A stretch of DNA of 64,000 bases from Candidatus Nomurabacteria bacterium (GCA_016699085.1 CP064958.1:271630-335629); one strand, 5' to 3'. Counted from the stretch's first letter, positions 1-9,648 are shown. A program made the numbers and translations. The notes: generated from the sequence alone by a model not told the origin.

Positions 1-136
1 CAATAAAAACCATATATTAAAGGACTATTACTTTCAGTATAATAGCATATATATTGGGAAAAGTCAATGTTTTAATAAGCAGGAAAATAAAAAGAGGTAA
101 CCTCGACGGTATACCTCTCAATGTGCTATTTACTAT

Positions 137-700
137 TTACAAATCTACCTCAATGACCTTGTGCTCATAGACTCGTAACAAAAGTGTTTCAAGATCAGGT
201 TTAAGATTATCCAGTTTACCCTCATACTCTTGCGTGTAATGCGGGATCAGCTTTATAGGTAGAAAAGCTAAACCTTCAAACGAACTACCAGCACTCGGGC
301 TGTAAAATGCAGAGGTGAGGACATTTGCTCCTGCAGATTCACCGGCGACAATTTTTCCTTGTAACATTTCTTTCAGAGTAGGAAACTTTTTCAGCGCCTC
401 AAGCAATTTCAATGTTTTACCTCCCTGAAAGTAAACAATATCAGCTAAACGCAATTGTTCAATGAAAGATTCTTCCCTGGCAACATTAAAATAGATCCAC
501 TTTTGCCATTTATTTGCAGTAAATTCCTCCATTACTTTTTGTGTACTAGCCTCTATCCGGCCAGGTTCTTTTGCAAATGGCACAATTAAAATCTCTGGTT
601 CTTCGGGGGCATCTTTTAATATTTCTGCGTAGAAATCGTCGTTATCTTCATCTGTTTTTCCTGGAGTGAATCCTCCATGTAAAATAAATTTTGTTGTCAT
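137..700 (-). CDS. Peptidase S51 family protein (cyanophycinase/peptidase E-like)
   Basis: ORF 137..820. Family motifs are present (FILHGGF, QGGKT, IVAGESAGANVL). The likely start is the internal Met (MTTKFILHGGF, ATG at 698-700). The first 40 codons have no similarity and overlap upstream AT-rich DNA. Confidence 0.6.
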   Translation of the reverse strand: MTTKFILHGGFTPGKTDEDNDDFYAEILKDAPEEPEILIVPFAKEPGRIEASTQKVMEEFTANKWQKWIYFNVAREESFIEQLRLADIVYFQGGKTLKLLEALKKFPTLKEMLQGKIVAGESAGANVLTSAFYSPSAGSSFEGLAFLPIKLIPHYTQEYEGKLDNLKPDLETLLLRVYEHKVIEVDL

Positions 701-902
701 CCTTATTATTTTTAGGTGAATACAAAAGACTTTTAGAAATCTCCTGTGTTCACCTAAAAATGGATTGTATGGAAGAGCAATTATTTTGCATATAATAGCA
801 TAAATAATAGTAAAAGTCAATCAGTACTCTACATTTTGAGGCAATGAAGAAATGTAAAAATAAAAAGTCGGAAGTGGGGATACCGTATGATACAATAAAA
901 TC

Positions 903-1193
903 ATGTTTTACATGCTACAACTTAGAAAAATTGTTATTGCGATTTACGACTATCAGGTCAATACACCCGGAAGTACAATAAATGGGATGGAAGAGAACAA
1001 GATAATTGAGTATCTTATGAAAAAATATGATGCTTCCCGCGAAAAAGTACAAGCTAAGTTAAAAGAATTACAGAAAGAAAATATAATTGATGATGCCCTA
1101 AGTGGTAATGCTAATGAAAGAAAATTAGAACTAACGAAAAAGGGTTATAAATTAAAGCGTTCATGGATAAACGCTTTGATATTTGGGTTCTAA
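903..1193 (+). CDS. Hypothetical small protein
   Basis: 96-aa ORF in a gap between a convergent and a divergent gene. It is charged, coiled-coil-like, has no recognisable motif, and its start is uncertain. Confidence 0.3.
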   Translation: MFYMLQLRKIVIAIYDYQVNTPGSTINGMEENKIIEYLMKKYDASREKVQAKLKELQKENIIDDALSGNANERKLELTKKGYKLKRSWINALIFGF

Positions 1194-1212
1194 TCCACAA
1201 GTTCGAAACGAA

Positions 1213-1701
1213 TTAATCCTCTCTTTCTGATCTTTTAGATACTGCAAGCCAGATTGCAAAACCTGCGAATATTATTTCAAGAAACCCGCCCTCAATGTTT
1301 GGGCCTTTTACCGTGACATAATCACCAACACATTCACTCCCATCCCTAGTCTGTATTCTTTGAGCACATTCACTATGATACTTAGCGTTAAAAGAAAAAT
1401 ATGCCTGAACTAATAAGACTCCCGCAACAATGGCAATGAGTGCTCGCCAGAGTCTGTCGTTTGATAGTTTGTCCATACCCCACTTTCTTCCCCAGAAATA
1501 GAGGATCAGCCAAACCAGCGATGGAAAAATAATCAAATATGCAATGCGAACTAAAAACCCGTAGGGTTCAACTGGCCCAAAAAGAAATAGGGCAACGAAA
1601 ACCATACCTACAATAAAACTTCTATTCCCACTGCTTAAACCAATCTCTTTTTCGGAGCTATGTATCATAAACTTAATTATACCACTCAAATAAATAAGCA
1701 A
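1213..1701 (-). CDS. Hypothetical integral membrane protein
   Basis: 162-aa ORF with about 4 hydrophobic helices. No motif recognised. Confidence 0.45.
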   Translation of the reverse strand: MLIYLSGIIKFMIHSSEKEIGLSSGNRSFIVGMVFVALFLFGPVEPYGFLVRIAYLIIFPSLVWLILYFWGRKWGMDKLSNDRLWRALIAIVAGVLLVQAYFSFNAKYHSECAQRIQTRDGSECVGDYVTVKGPNIEGGFLEIIFAGFAIWLAVSKRSERED

Positions 1702-1789
1702 GCCCGAATTGCGAGCAAAATATTATCACTAGACCCCTCCCTACAGGATATTGGGAAATGCCACAAGATAAAGGAGATGTGGTAGAATT

Positions 1790-2290
1790 TTGACCATGAG
1801 TGATATTGAGAATGATATAAATATCGACGCAAATTATATAAAAATAAAAGAGAAAGCTGAAGTTTTTTATAAGACTGTCAGCGAAGTTTACTGTCCATAT
1901 TTCAAAGAAAAAGTTGCATTTAACGATAAAGGAATTAAACATATTAAATTTAAATCCGAGAGAGTAGCACGCGATAGGAAAGATCAGTATATGCGTCTGA
2001 AAAATATTCATCTTGCTCCACTAGTGTTGAAGAGTAGCTATACACTCCAAGAAATTCAAACCAAAAAAATGTTTATTGATATCGACACCAACACAAGACA
2101 TGAAAAAATGTTAAAAGAAGTTACATATTATGCTTTTATTGCAATTCTAAAAGATGGTCAGTTTGATAAAAGAGTGAAGGTAATTGTTAAACAAGTATCA
2201 GGTGGTATTAAAATGTTTTGGAGTATTATTCCATTCTGGAAAAGTAACAAGGAATTAAAACTACATACTGGTGATTTAGAAAATGACTAG
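1790..2290 (+). CDS. Hypothetical protein
   Basis: 166-aa ORF followed by a stem-loop (CACCAAG/CTTGGTG at ~2299-2325). No motif recognised. Confidence 0.45.
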   Translation: MTMSDIENDINIDANYIKIKEKAEVFYKTVSEVYCPYFKEKVAFNDKGIKHIKFKSERVARDRKDQYMRLKNIHLAPLVLKSSYTLQEIQTKKMFIDIDTNTRHEKMLKEVTYYAFIAILKDGQFDKRVKVIVKQVSGGIKMFWSIIPFWKSNKELKLHTGDLEND

Positions 2291-2528
2291 AAACTAAAAA
2301 CCACCAAGTTTCCTTGGTGAGTTTTAGTGTGTTTGGTTACAGTTTGGTTTCTAACCGTGACGGGGTAAAGACCCCCCAAACACTTTTCAATAATAACATA
2401 AACGATATCCACAAGTCAATAAAGTAACATTATACTTTATAATGTCAAGGTCTTTTAAAAAAGGATCACTCCCTACAGAACATGTGATATACTTAAATTG
2501 CTTAATTAAGCAACGCGTTAAATAACCT

Positions 2529-2573
2529 AAACAAGCAAAAGCCCGATCTCTAAATCGGGTCTTTTGTTTGCTT
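2529..2573 (+). terminator. Intrinsic terminator-like hairpin in an ORF-free region
   Basis: GCCCGAT-ctctaa-ATCGGGT followed by CTTTTG. The stem is extended by A-rich and T-rich arms (aaacaagcaaaag / cttttgtttgctt). Confidence 0.45.
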
Positions 2574-3254
2574 CAAATTATTGTCGTTTTCCAATAAGCT
2601 TAGAATGTACAGAAGTGTTCAGACAGTTCTGCCTTATTCCACCCTTAGAGGGGTGTTTATAACTTACCATCCTACCAGACAATTCTTTTTAGACTTGTAC
2701 TTCCGCTCTCTTGGTAGGATGCATTTACTTACTAAATTTCTGAAAATTTAGCTTTGCTGGTTCCGCCGAGAACGAAAGGTGGTACTACTAGTATTGTTAT
2801 AGTTATTTTCATAAATATAAAATAGTTAGTTAATAAACCTCTTCATTCTCGAAGAGCTGGCAATTTTTCTACCTAAACAAATAGATAATTTAAACTGCTT
2901 GTTTAGAACTATATCATTTACACATCGGAAAAGTTAATGTGAAAAGTGGAAAACATGTGATTTACTGTCTCCCGCAAAGTAGAGAATTCAGACAGGAACG
3001 TAAAATGCTTTCTAAAATTAAATCAAGACCAGAAAATTTATCATACCTAGCAAATTTTCCCTGGTAAATAATCGATTCTACGACTACCTCCCTTAGAGAA
3101 CTGCTCATCCAACCTCTTTTTTAAGGGGCAGTTCTCTATTTTTGTAAAGTTTTCTTATGAACCGAGATTTTCTCCAACTCACGAAATACCTTTATATATC
3201 AACGTGAAATCAAGAATTCCAAAATTTTTCTCACGTTTCAAATCTCAAAATTTG

Positions 3255-3327
3255 TGCGCCCGGTAGGAATCGAACCTACGACCATCTCCTTAAAAGGGAG
3301 CTGCTCTACCGACTGAGCTACGGGCGC
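3255..3327 (-). tRNA. tRNA-Lys (anticodon UUU)
   Basis: The minus-strand sequence GCGCCCGTAGCTCAGTCGGTAGAGCAGCTCCCTTTTAAGGAGATGGTCGTAGGTTCGATTCCTACCGGGCGCA folds as a cloverleaf. The anticodon loop is CUUUUAA with UUU at positions 34-36, the T-loop is GGTTCGATTCC, and the acceptor stem is 7 bp. CCA is not encoded. Confidence 0.85.
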
Positions 3328-3536
3328 ATATATCTACTTTAAAATCTACACTATTCTATGTTTTCTATTGAAGCCACTACGACTAGCTATGGCGCAAATG
3401 AATAAAAATTACAGACATTACTCTGTACTAAACGCTTTAAAAAGTAACATATTTACACACATAAATCAATATTGGTGGTAAATAAAATAGTTTACAAAAA
3501 CATACTTCACTCCGTAACCTGTGCTAAACTAGTACT

Positions 3537-3932
3537 ATGAAACCAAAAACCAAAATCAGTATTGCAATTGTTGTAGGGATTATTGTTCTTATTATTGCTA
3601 GTATCTTTATTAATAGCCAAAAAAGCACTGACCCTAAAGTACTTGCACCGATTGAGCAGTTTGCACAGTGTATAGCTGACAGTGGCGCCAAGTTTTACGG
3701 TGCTTTCTGGTGTCCTCATTGCGCCACCCAAAAGCAGCTCTTTAGTAAAAGCGCCTCCAAACTCTTGCCATATGTCGAATGCTCAACACCAGACAGTAAA
3801 AGCCAAACACAGATCTGTATTGATGCAGGCATCAAGAGCTACCCTACCTGGGTATTTACTGATGGATCAACACTCTCTGGTGAACAATCTCTCAAAACTC
3901 TAGGCGCTAAGACTAACTGCCCACTCCCATAA
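3537..3932 (+). CDS. Thioredoxin-fold thiol-disulfide oxidoreductase (DsbA/BdbD-like), N-terminal TM anchor
   Basis: N-terminal TM helix followed by a CxxC active site (FWCPHCATQK). It sits immediately upstream of a DsbB/BdbC-like gene with a 1-nt gap. Confidence 0.65.
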   Translation: MKPKTKISIAIVVGIIVLIIASIFINSQKSTDPKVLAPIEQFAQCIADSGAKFYGAFWCPHCATQKQLFSKSASKLLPYVECSTPDSKSQTQICIDAGIKSYPTWVFTDGSTLSGEQSLKTLGAKTNCPLP

Positions 3933-3933
3933 T

Positions 3934-4455
3934 ATGTTCACAACGATTCTCAACAACATAACGACAATAAGTGCGATTGTGATTGGACTTAGCGGAAGTG
4001 TGCTTATTATCTGTAAAATATGTAAAATCAAAATCCCAGAAGGGGTTGTCAAGCACGCATATTTATTTGGTTTTATTATTTCGCTCGGTGCTATATGCAT
4101 GAGCCTCTTGTACTCGGAAATCATCGGTTTCCCTCCATGCAAGCTTTGCTGGTTGCAACGGATCTTTATTTACCCACAAGCGATAGTATTCGGACTCGCT
4201 CTTTGGAAAAAATACCCGACCTATATCATCCGGAATATCGCACTATGGTTAACCGCTATAGGAGGAATCATATCTGCCTACCACAACTTCATCTACTATA
4301 CTGACTATTCGCCGCTACCTTGCGATGCAGCCGCTTCATGCACGCAGCAGCTGGTGACGACACTCGGCTTTATGTCTATACCGCTTATGGCGCTTTGTGC
4401 TTTTATTGGTCTTTTTGCAGTCATTTTGCTATTACCCAAAGAATCCAAGGAGTAG
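3934..4455 (+). CDS. Disulfide bond formation protein B (DsbB/BdbC family)
   Basis: 4-TM protein of 173 aa. The motif FPPCKLCWLQRIFIY closely resembles the BdbC/DsbB first-loop motif (F.PC.LCWYQRI). A second cysteine pair is present later. Confidence 0.7.
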   Translation: MFTTILNNITTISAIVIGLSGSVLIICKICKIKIPEGVVKHAYLFGFIISLGAICMSLLYSEIIGFPPCKLCWLQRIFIYPQAIVFGLALWKKYPTYIIRNIALWLTAIGGIISAYHNFIYYTDYSPLPCDAAASCTQQLVTTLGFMSIPLMALCAFIGLFAVILLLPKESKE

Positions 4456-4637
4456 TTATCCACAGATGTTCTTACGCAAGTGCAGAAAATAGCATATACT
4501 GTATGCAAGTACATTTATATTTCCAACCAGAGCTTGCCGTTTAGGCATCAAATTAGTGGTATGGAAAAAATATCGAAACAGTTCTTTCAGCACAGAATTA
4601 TTTGTGCATAGTATGTTCTTTATCGTAGGATAGGAGA

Positions 4638-4695
4638 AAGAGCCTCATGTTTGCCCCATAGATTTCTATGAGCCAAACACGAGGCTCTTTTTTTA
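4638..4695 (+). terminator. Hairpin with T-tract between convergent genes
   Basis: AAGAGCCTC ... GAGGCTCTT forms a 9-bp stem around a large loop that contains an inner CATAGA/TCTATG palindrome, followed by TTTTTTT. Confidence 0.45.
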
Positions 4696-4697
4696 TG

Positions 4698-5408
4698 TTA
4701 CATATATGCCAGCAGTATCGCCTCAAGTCCTTCATCAATCGATACTGTACCTCGTCTCGCATCATGATACAGTTTTACAATTGCCTGCCGGAATGCGAAC
4801 AGCTCGTCGTTAGTATATTTCGTCATATAAGTACGGGATTTTTTTTCAACATAGGGATTAAGTCCAGAGGGTGCACCTTTTGGCAACTTGGTTAGAAGGC
4901 TTACTGTTTTTAAGAGCCAGAAAAGTGCACCAATAATCTCGTCAGGACTTTTATCATGGAGTATAGCCTCCGTATACATTGCCCATGCTCCTTTTTTATC
5001 GCGCATACCAACACGCTCAGTAAATGCAAATGGCGTCCACACTTGGTTACGCTCTTTTGGTAAGGCATATTCTGCACATAACTTTGCATTTTTTTTAAAT
5101 AATTCTCTCTCAGCTGCAAGTATTGTCTCTTCAGAAATAACACAAACCGCAGGTGAATCTACTATTGTTTCTATGTTTGATAGGATATAGTCTTTGACCT
5201 CGCTTACCATCATCGCTCCATCGAGGATAACTACGTAAGCCTGTCCAAAGAGTGATGTACTCTCAAAATATTGAGTGAGTAATTCAGGCTTTGCCGTCAA
5301 ATCATTAAGTGTAATGGTTTCGTATGCTTTATATAAATCATTGTTCACCAATTCCTTTACAGCATTCTGTCGCTTATCTGTATCAGTGCCGTAGAAAACA
5401 AAAAGCAT
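4698..5408 (-). CDS. Possible DNA polymerase III delta subunit (HolA-like), short form
   Basis: The N-terminus MLFVFYGTD...SLFGQAYVVIL resembles the HolA N-terminal pattern. At 236 aa it is shorter than typical, so this is a weak call. Confidence 0.35.
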   Translation of the reverse strand: MLFVFYGTDTDKRQNAVKELVNNDLYKAYETITLNDLTAKPELLTQYFESTSLFGQAYVVILDGAMMVSEVKDYILSNIETIVDSPAVCVISEETILAAERELFKKNAKLCAEYALPKERNQVWTPFAFTERVGMRDKKGAWAMYTEAILHDKSPDEIIGALFWLLKTVSLLTKLPKGAPSGLNPYVEKKSRTYMTKYTNDELFAFRQAIVKLYHDARRGTVSIDEGLEAILLAYM

Positions 5409-5409
5409 A

Positions 5410-5898
5410 CTAGAATGTAACTATTTTTTTATAATTTACATACGCCTCACCATATCGTTCAACCAAAATTTCTTCTTCGCGTCTGATATAGGTATATCGA
5501 GTGACCACATAGGCAACAATGGCACCCATGACAATAAGTCCAGAATTCATAATGAAGCCAAAACCAAGCACTAAAAACACAAGGCCGATATGTGTGGGAC
5601 TGCGCGTATATTTATACGGGCCATACATAAAATCAGCTGGTGTCATACCTATACCATGCTCTTTTCGATTTTTAGCGGTCATTTCCGATGTATGTTGCGC
5701 CCAATATATAAGCGCCGTACCAACTATCAGGAGTACGGGACCGAAAGCTATAATCGTTCCACCAAAAATCCGAAATGGGTAGAAGTAATCAACAATAAAG
5801 CCAAATATTGCAGCTGCAAAATAGATTAAATATGAATGCGCTAGAACTTGATGAATATTGGTTATATGGCCCAAAAATTGTATATGTTTTTTCTGCAT
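5410..5898 (-). CDS. Isoprenylcysteine carboxyl methyltransferase (ICMT/PEMT) family membrane protein
   Basis: Multi-TM protein. The C-terminal signature GPYKYTRSPTHIG ... RREEEILVERYGEAYVNYKK matches the ICMT/PEMT family pattern (RHPxY ... EE.L...FG..Y..Y). Confidence 0.6.
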   Translation of the reverse strand: MQKKHIQFLGHITNIHQVLAHSYLIYFAAAIFGFIVDYFYPFRIFGGTIIAFGPVLLIVGTALIYWAQHTSEMTAKNRKEHGIGMTPADFMYGPYKYTRSPTHIGLVFLVLGFGFIMNSGLIVMGAIVAYVVTRYTYIRREEEILVERYGEAYVNYKKIVTF

Positions 5899-5931
5899 AG
5901 CGTATGATTTGCAAAGTATACCATACCCCTC

Positions 5932-8319
5932 CTATTTCAATTCTCCCCAATGAGCACCCTCTTTGCTATGAACTTCGATTGGTACTGACTTAAGATTCTC
6001 AAGGAATGATGGCGGGATGATGTCTTGCATAGCTTTACCAATTATCTGCTTTGCCAGTAGTGCAACTGATGTGTCCACTTCATAGACCAATTCATCATGC
6101 ACCTGCAGTACAAGCAGTACCTTATCTACAATTTTGTTTTCTTCAAGCTTTACTTGAACATCCCGAATTGCCAATTTGACGATGTCTGCAGTTGCTGTAC
6201 CTTGGATTGGCGCATTGATCGCCATGCGCTCTGCCATAGCGCGTACAAATGGCATTTTAGATTTCAATCCTGGGAAATAACGTTTACGACCAAAGAGAGT
6301 CTTGGTATAGCCATACTTATACGCATCAGCTTTGACCGTATCTAAATACTCTCGAATTGTAGGAAATTGTGCAAAGTAATTATCATAGAATTCCTGTGCA
6401 GTTTTCCGATCAGTACCGAGATTCTCCCTCAGTGCCGTAACTCCCATACCATAGAGGATACCGAAATTAATAACTTTGGCGCGACGGCGCATTTCATTAT
6501 CTACTTTATCTTCTGGTACACCGAACACTTTCGAAGCAACAGCAGCATGCACATCTTTGCCTTCTTGAAAGACTTTAATCATAAAAGGATCTTGTGATAG
6601 AAGTGCAGCAATACGAAGCTCGATTTGGGAATAATCAAATGCTAAGAGCACACTTCCCTTTTTGGCAACAAAAGCATTCCTGATATTTCTACCAAGTTCT
6701 GTGCGAGTGGGAATATTTTGCAAATTTGGATCTTGGGAGGCAAACCTACCAGTTGTTGTGCCTGCCTGGATAAACTTGGCATGCAATCGTTTGTCGTCAC
6801 TTATAAGTAACGGCAACGTGTCTATATATGTCGAAAGTAATTTCTGTAATTCCCGGTGCAGTAATATGTCAGCAACGATTGGGTGAGCATCACGAAGCTT
6901 CACAAGTTCGCTTTCCCGTGTCGAACGCGCTCCGCCTGCAGTTTTCTTGAGCTTTGTGCCCGTACCCTCGTTGATCGCCAGTTCGTCGAAGAGTATATCT
7001 CCTAGCTGCTTCGGTGAATTGATATTAAACTCTCTGCCTGCATGTTTCCATATTTTAGCTTCGAGACTAGCAAGTTCCTTGTGGTACGTCTTCGAAAGTT
7101 TTTCTAAATAAGCCTTGTCGACTTCGATACCTGTCTCATAGATACCATCAACGATAGGGATAATCGGAAGCTCTATTTGTTCATACACATATGACAAGTC
7201 ATTGGTTTTGATATCTTCTAGGATCTTTGTCCGCGCGCTATCAAATGTAGCAACATGCGCATAGGCGAGCATGTCAGCAAGGGTAATATTGGTTAATTCT
7301 GAATTCAAAAGCCAGAGAGCGATTGCAGTTTCATTAAATAATTTCTGGTCGACTTGCTCTTGGGGTATTTCTGTTTTTTCTTCTGCCACAATTGCAACAT
7401 TAAAAATTGTTCCAACTCGAGCAATAAGACTTCGAAATTCATACTCACGGAAAAGTATTTCGATTTTAGAAACATCAATATTGTCTCGAAACGTTTTCTC
7501 TGGTAGTTGAAATGCTATAGCTGCATCACGCCTAATGGTTGCTAGTGTTTTAGAAAAAAGGGCTTCATCCTCTCCTTCTTCGAGAAGTGTAATGATGCGG
7601 TCAGTGATGCCTGCTTTCTTGAAAGCTGCTTTGTCTTTTTTTAATTTCTTATAAATCTCTTCAATGGTGCCAAATGTTTGAATAAGCGTTGTTGCTGTTT
7701 TCTCGCCAATACCTTTGATGCCAATAATATTATCTGACGGATCACCACGAAGCCCTTTATAGTCAACGAGAAGTTTCGGCTTGAAACCATAGCGTGCCAC
7801 AACCAAATCTTCATTATAGAGAATCGTGTCATTGATGCCTTTCTTCAAGGTAAAGACTTGGACCTTCTCATCATCGACAAGCTGCAATGTATCCATATCA
7901 CCTGAGGCAATAATAATATCTATATCTTTATCTTTTTTCATATTCTCAACAATTGTTCCCAAGACATCATCAGCCTCAAATCCCGGCGCATCATACATAG
8001 GAATATTGAATGCTTCGAATATAGTTCGAGAACTTTTGATCTGAGTGACGAGGTCATCATCGGCTTTCATGCGTCCAGCTTTGTACGCATCGTATACTTC
8101 GTGGCGAAATGTTTTCTGCGGCAAGTCATAGGCGGCAACAATATAGTCAGGCTTGAGATCGGTAATTATCTTCATGAGCATAGTCGATAAACCATAGAGC
8201 GCCCCAGTCGGCTCACCCTTTGAGCTCATAAAATCAGGCAAGGCATGATAGGCTCGGTGAATAATCGCATGAGAATCAAGCAAAATTAGGCGTTTTTTGA
8301 TTATTTTCTTATCTCTCAT
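5932..8319 (-). CDS. polA: DNA polymerase I
   Basis: 795 aa. It has a 5'-3' exonuclease N-terminus (LLDSHAIIHRAYHALP), a pol A motif A DYSQIELR and a motif C QVHDELVYE. Confidence 0.95.
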   Translation of the reverse strand: MRDKKIIKKRLILLDSHAIIHRAYHALPDFMSSKGEPTGALYGLSTMLMKIITDLKPDYIVAAYDLPQKTFRHEVYDAYKAGRMKADDDLVTQIKSSRTIFEAFNIPMYDAPGFEADDVLGTIVENMKKDKDIDIIIASGDMDTLQLVDDEKVQVFTLKKGINDTILYNEDLVVARYGFKPKLLVDYKGLRGDPSDNIIGIKGIGEKTATTLIQTFGTIEEIYKKLKKDKAAFKKAGITDRIITLLEEGEDEALFSKTLATIRRDAAIAFQLPEKTFRDNIDVSKIEILFREYEFRSLIARVGTIFNVAIVAEEKTEIPQEQVDQKLFNETAIALWLLNSELTNITLADMLAYAHVATFDSARTKILEDIKTNDLSYVYEQIELPIIPIVDGIYETGIEVDKAYLEKLSKTYHKELASLEAKIWKHAGREFNINSPKQLGDILFDELAINEGTGTKLKKTAGGARSTRESELVKLRDAHPIVADILLHRELQKLLSTYIDTLPLLISDDKRLHAKFIQAGTTTGRFASQDPNLQNIPTRTELGRNIRNAFVAKKGSVLLAFDYSQIELRIAALLSQDPFMIKVFQEGKDVHAAVASKVFGVPEDKVDNEMRRRAKVINFGILYGMGVTALRENLGTDRKTAQEFYDNYFAQFPTIREYLDTVKADAYKYGYTKTLFGRKRYFPGLKSKMPFVRAMAERMAINAPIQGTATADIVKLAIRDVQVKLEENKIVDKVLLVLQVHDELVYEVDTSVALLAKQIIGKAMQDIIPPSFLENLKSVPIEVHSKEGAHWGELK

Positions 8320-8350
8320 ATTATCTGCTAACTATAACGTGTTTACATAA

Positions 8351-8396
8351 AATAAAAAACCGAACCTCTTTGAATGTAATTCGAAGAAGTTCGGTT
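8351..8396 (-). terminator. Intrinsic terminator of the 8405..8863 gene
   Basis: An A-tract on the plus strand is followed by AACCGAACCTCTTTGAAT-gta-ATTCGAAGAAGTTCGGTT, which forms a long hairpin. Confidence 0.5.
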
Positions 8397-8404
8397 ATTG
8401 TGAA

Positions 8405-8863
8405 CTAATCATATGACAGACTTTTGTGTACTTCTAAAAGAAACATTGTTAGAGAAGTTGTCATGAATCCTGTAACTGCAATAACAGGGAAAATAATCAT
8501 CATGATTAATACAAAATCTAATCTTACAATAATTGAAAAAATGAGTGTCGTTGCAAACAATATTATCACAACCGGTGCAAGCGCTTTTGGTTTCTGATAA
8601 CTAAAAATATCTACACCCTTTTCAAAGAGTCGGTGTGTCTCTATTAGATATTGCGCTAAGAAGAAACTGGTTGGCATGACAAGCATTAACCCCACTAAAA
8701 GAATCGTGAAATACTCTTGTAGTGTCCAAGCAAAATCTGAGTACAAATTGATAGACATACTACAGACAAATGCCCATATAATGTGGCTGATCACCAAAGC
8801 TGTCATATTTTTATTGCCCCACAGCTTTGCACTTTCTAAGGAAGTTCTTAATTTCTGTATCAT
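8405..8863 (-). CDS. Hypothetical integral membrane protein
   Basis: 152 aa with 4 predicted TM helices. Confidence 0.45.
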   Translation of the reverse strand: MIQKLRTSLESAKLWGNKNMTALVISHIIWAFVCSMSINLYSDFAWTLQEYFTILLVGLMLVMPTSFFLAQYLIETHRLFEKGVDIFSYQKPKALAPVVIILFATTLIFSIIVRLDFVLIMMIIFPVIAVTGFMTTSLTMFLLEVHKSLSYD

Positions 8864-9018
8864 TTTTAAGTTTTCTTAACAATACATTATTTATAGCATT
8901 TTGTCAAAAAAACAACTCCAATATTTTAAACCAAGATTTTTCTATCAAGAACCCACGGTAAGCCCTGGGGAATTCTTTTAGGAATTATGCAAAACATAGT
9001 TAGAGCCTTAAGCTCTAA

Positions 9019-9465
9019 CTATGTGATCCGTATTGAGCGAGACTGATCCTTGTGTTCCAAAGAAATTCTCACCGCATCTTTTGGAATCAATTTTTTCACT
9101 CGCACTGGCCACTCAATTAAAATCAAATTTTCTGGTTCAGCTATTATTTCTTGCCAGCCAAGTTTCTCCAATTCTTGTTCACTGTCGAGACGATAGGCAT
9201 CAATATGTATCAAAAGTCGAAAGCCGGGAATCATAAGTGGTATCTTGTACTTTTTCATAATGACGTACGTTGGAGAATTGACGTTTTCCTTGATACCAAG
9301 CTGTCTAGCAATTTCTTGGGTCAACGTTGTCTTCCCTGCACCGAGTTCACCGGAGAGTGCGACAACTTGTGCTTTGCGGTGAGTTGAAAGTCTTAAAGTC
9401 AAAAGTTGTTTCAAAATTTCTTTGGCTATACCTGGAAGTTCTTTTTCAGTAAATATCCTTTTCAT
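9019..9465 (-). CDS. tsaE: tRNA threonylcarbamoyladenosine biosynthesis protein TsaE
   Basis: P-loop ALSGELGAGKTTLTQ and SPTYVIMKKY, matching the TsaE/YjeE pattern. The size (148 aa) also fits. Confidence 0.85.
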   Translation of the reverse strand: MKRIFTEKELPGIAKEILKQLLTLRLSTHRKAQVVALSGELGAGKTTLTQEIARQLGIKENVNSPTYVIMKKYKIPLMIPGFRLLIHIDAYRLDSEQELEKLGWQEIIAEPENLILIEWPVRVKKLIPKDAVRISLEHKDQSRSIRIT

Positions 9466-9503
9466 TCCTGCACTATATCACAACCTTGTCTTTGAAACGG
9501 AGC

Positions 9504-9580
9504 AATCAAATATTTTGAGCCGAACATTGTTTGAGCCCCGCTCATGCGGGGCGAGTTTGAGAGGCAAAAAATATTTGATT
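9504..9580. repeat. IR-flanked GC-core hairpin element (divergent member of the intergenic element family)
   Basis: The flanks aatcaaatatttt / aaaaaatatttgatt are inverted repeats. The core is GAACATTGTTTGA-GCCCCGCTCATGCGGGGC-GAGTTTGAG. It shares the TGTTTGA-[hairpin]-GAGTT arms with copies at 15152, 45308, 52433 and 63187. Confidence 0.55.
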
Positions 9581-9605
9581 ATGAAGTGTTTGGAAATATA
9601 ACAGC

Positions 9606-9635
9606 AAAAAATCACCCCGTGTGGGGTGATTTTTT
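9606..9635. terminator. Bidirectional intrinsic terminator
   Basis: AAAAAATCACCCCGTGTGGGGTGATTTTTT: a perfect 8-bp GC-rich stem flanked by an A-tract and a T-tract, immediately 3' of the 9649..11826 gene. Confidence 0.75.
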
Positions 9636-9648
9636 GTGTTGTGTTCTC

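Noticed and set aside
2658-2790. Possible SRP RNA or 6S RNA in the ORF-free region
   Set aside because: The hairpins lack the conserved SRP domain IV sequence (GGAAGGAAGCAGC-like) and nothing else diagnostic was seen. It is kept only as a generic ncRNA candidate inside finding 2291-3254.
4456-4464. Isolated perfect DnaA box TTATCCACA at the dsbB-like stop codon
   Set aside because: A single 9-mer with no partner box nearby is compatible with a chance occurrence in AT-rich DNA.
6097-8044. Numerous 60-130-aa ORFs antisense to or out of frame within polA, PBP, pnp, VirB6-like and other long genes
   Set aside because: They are fully contained in well-supported long CDSs on the other strand or frame, and no motifs were seen. 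They are typical shadow ORFs.
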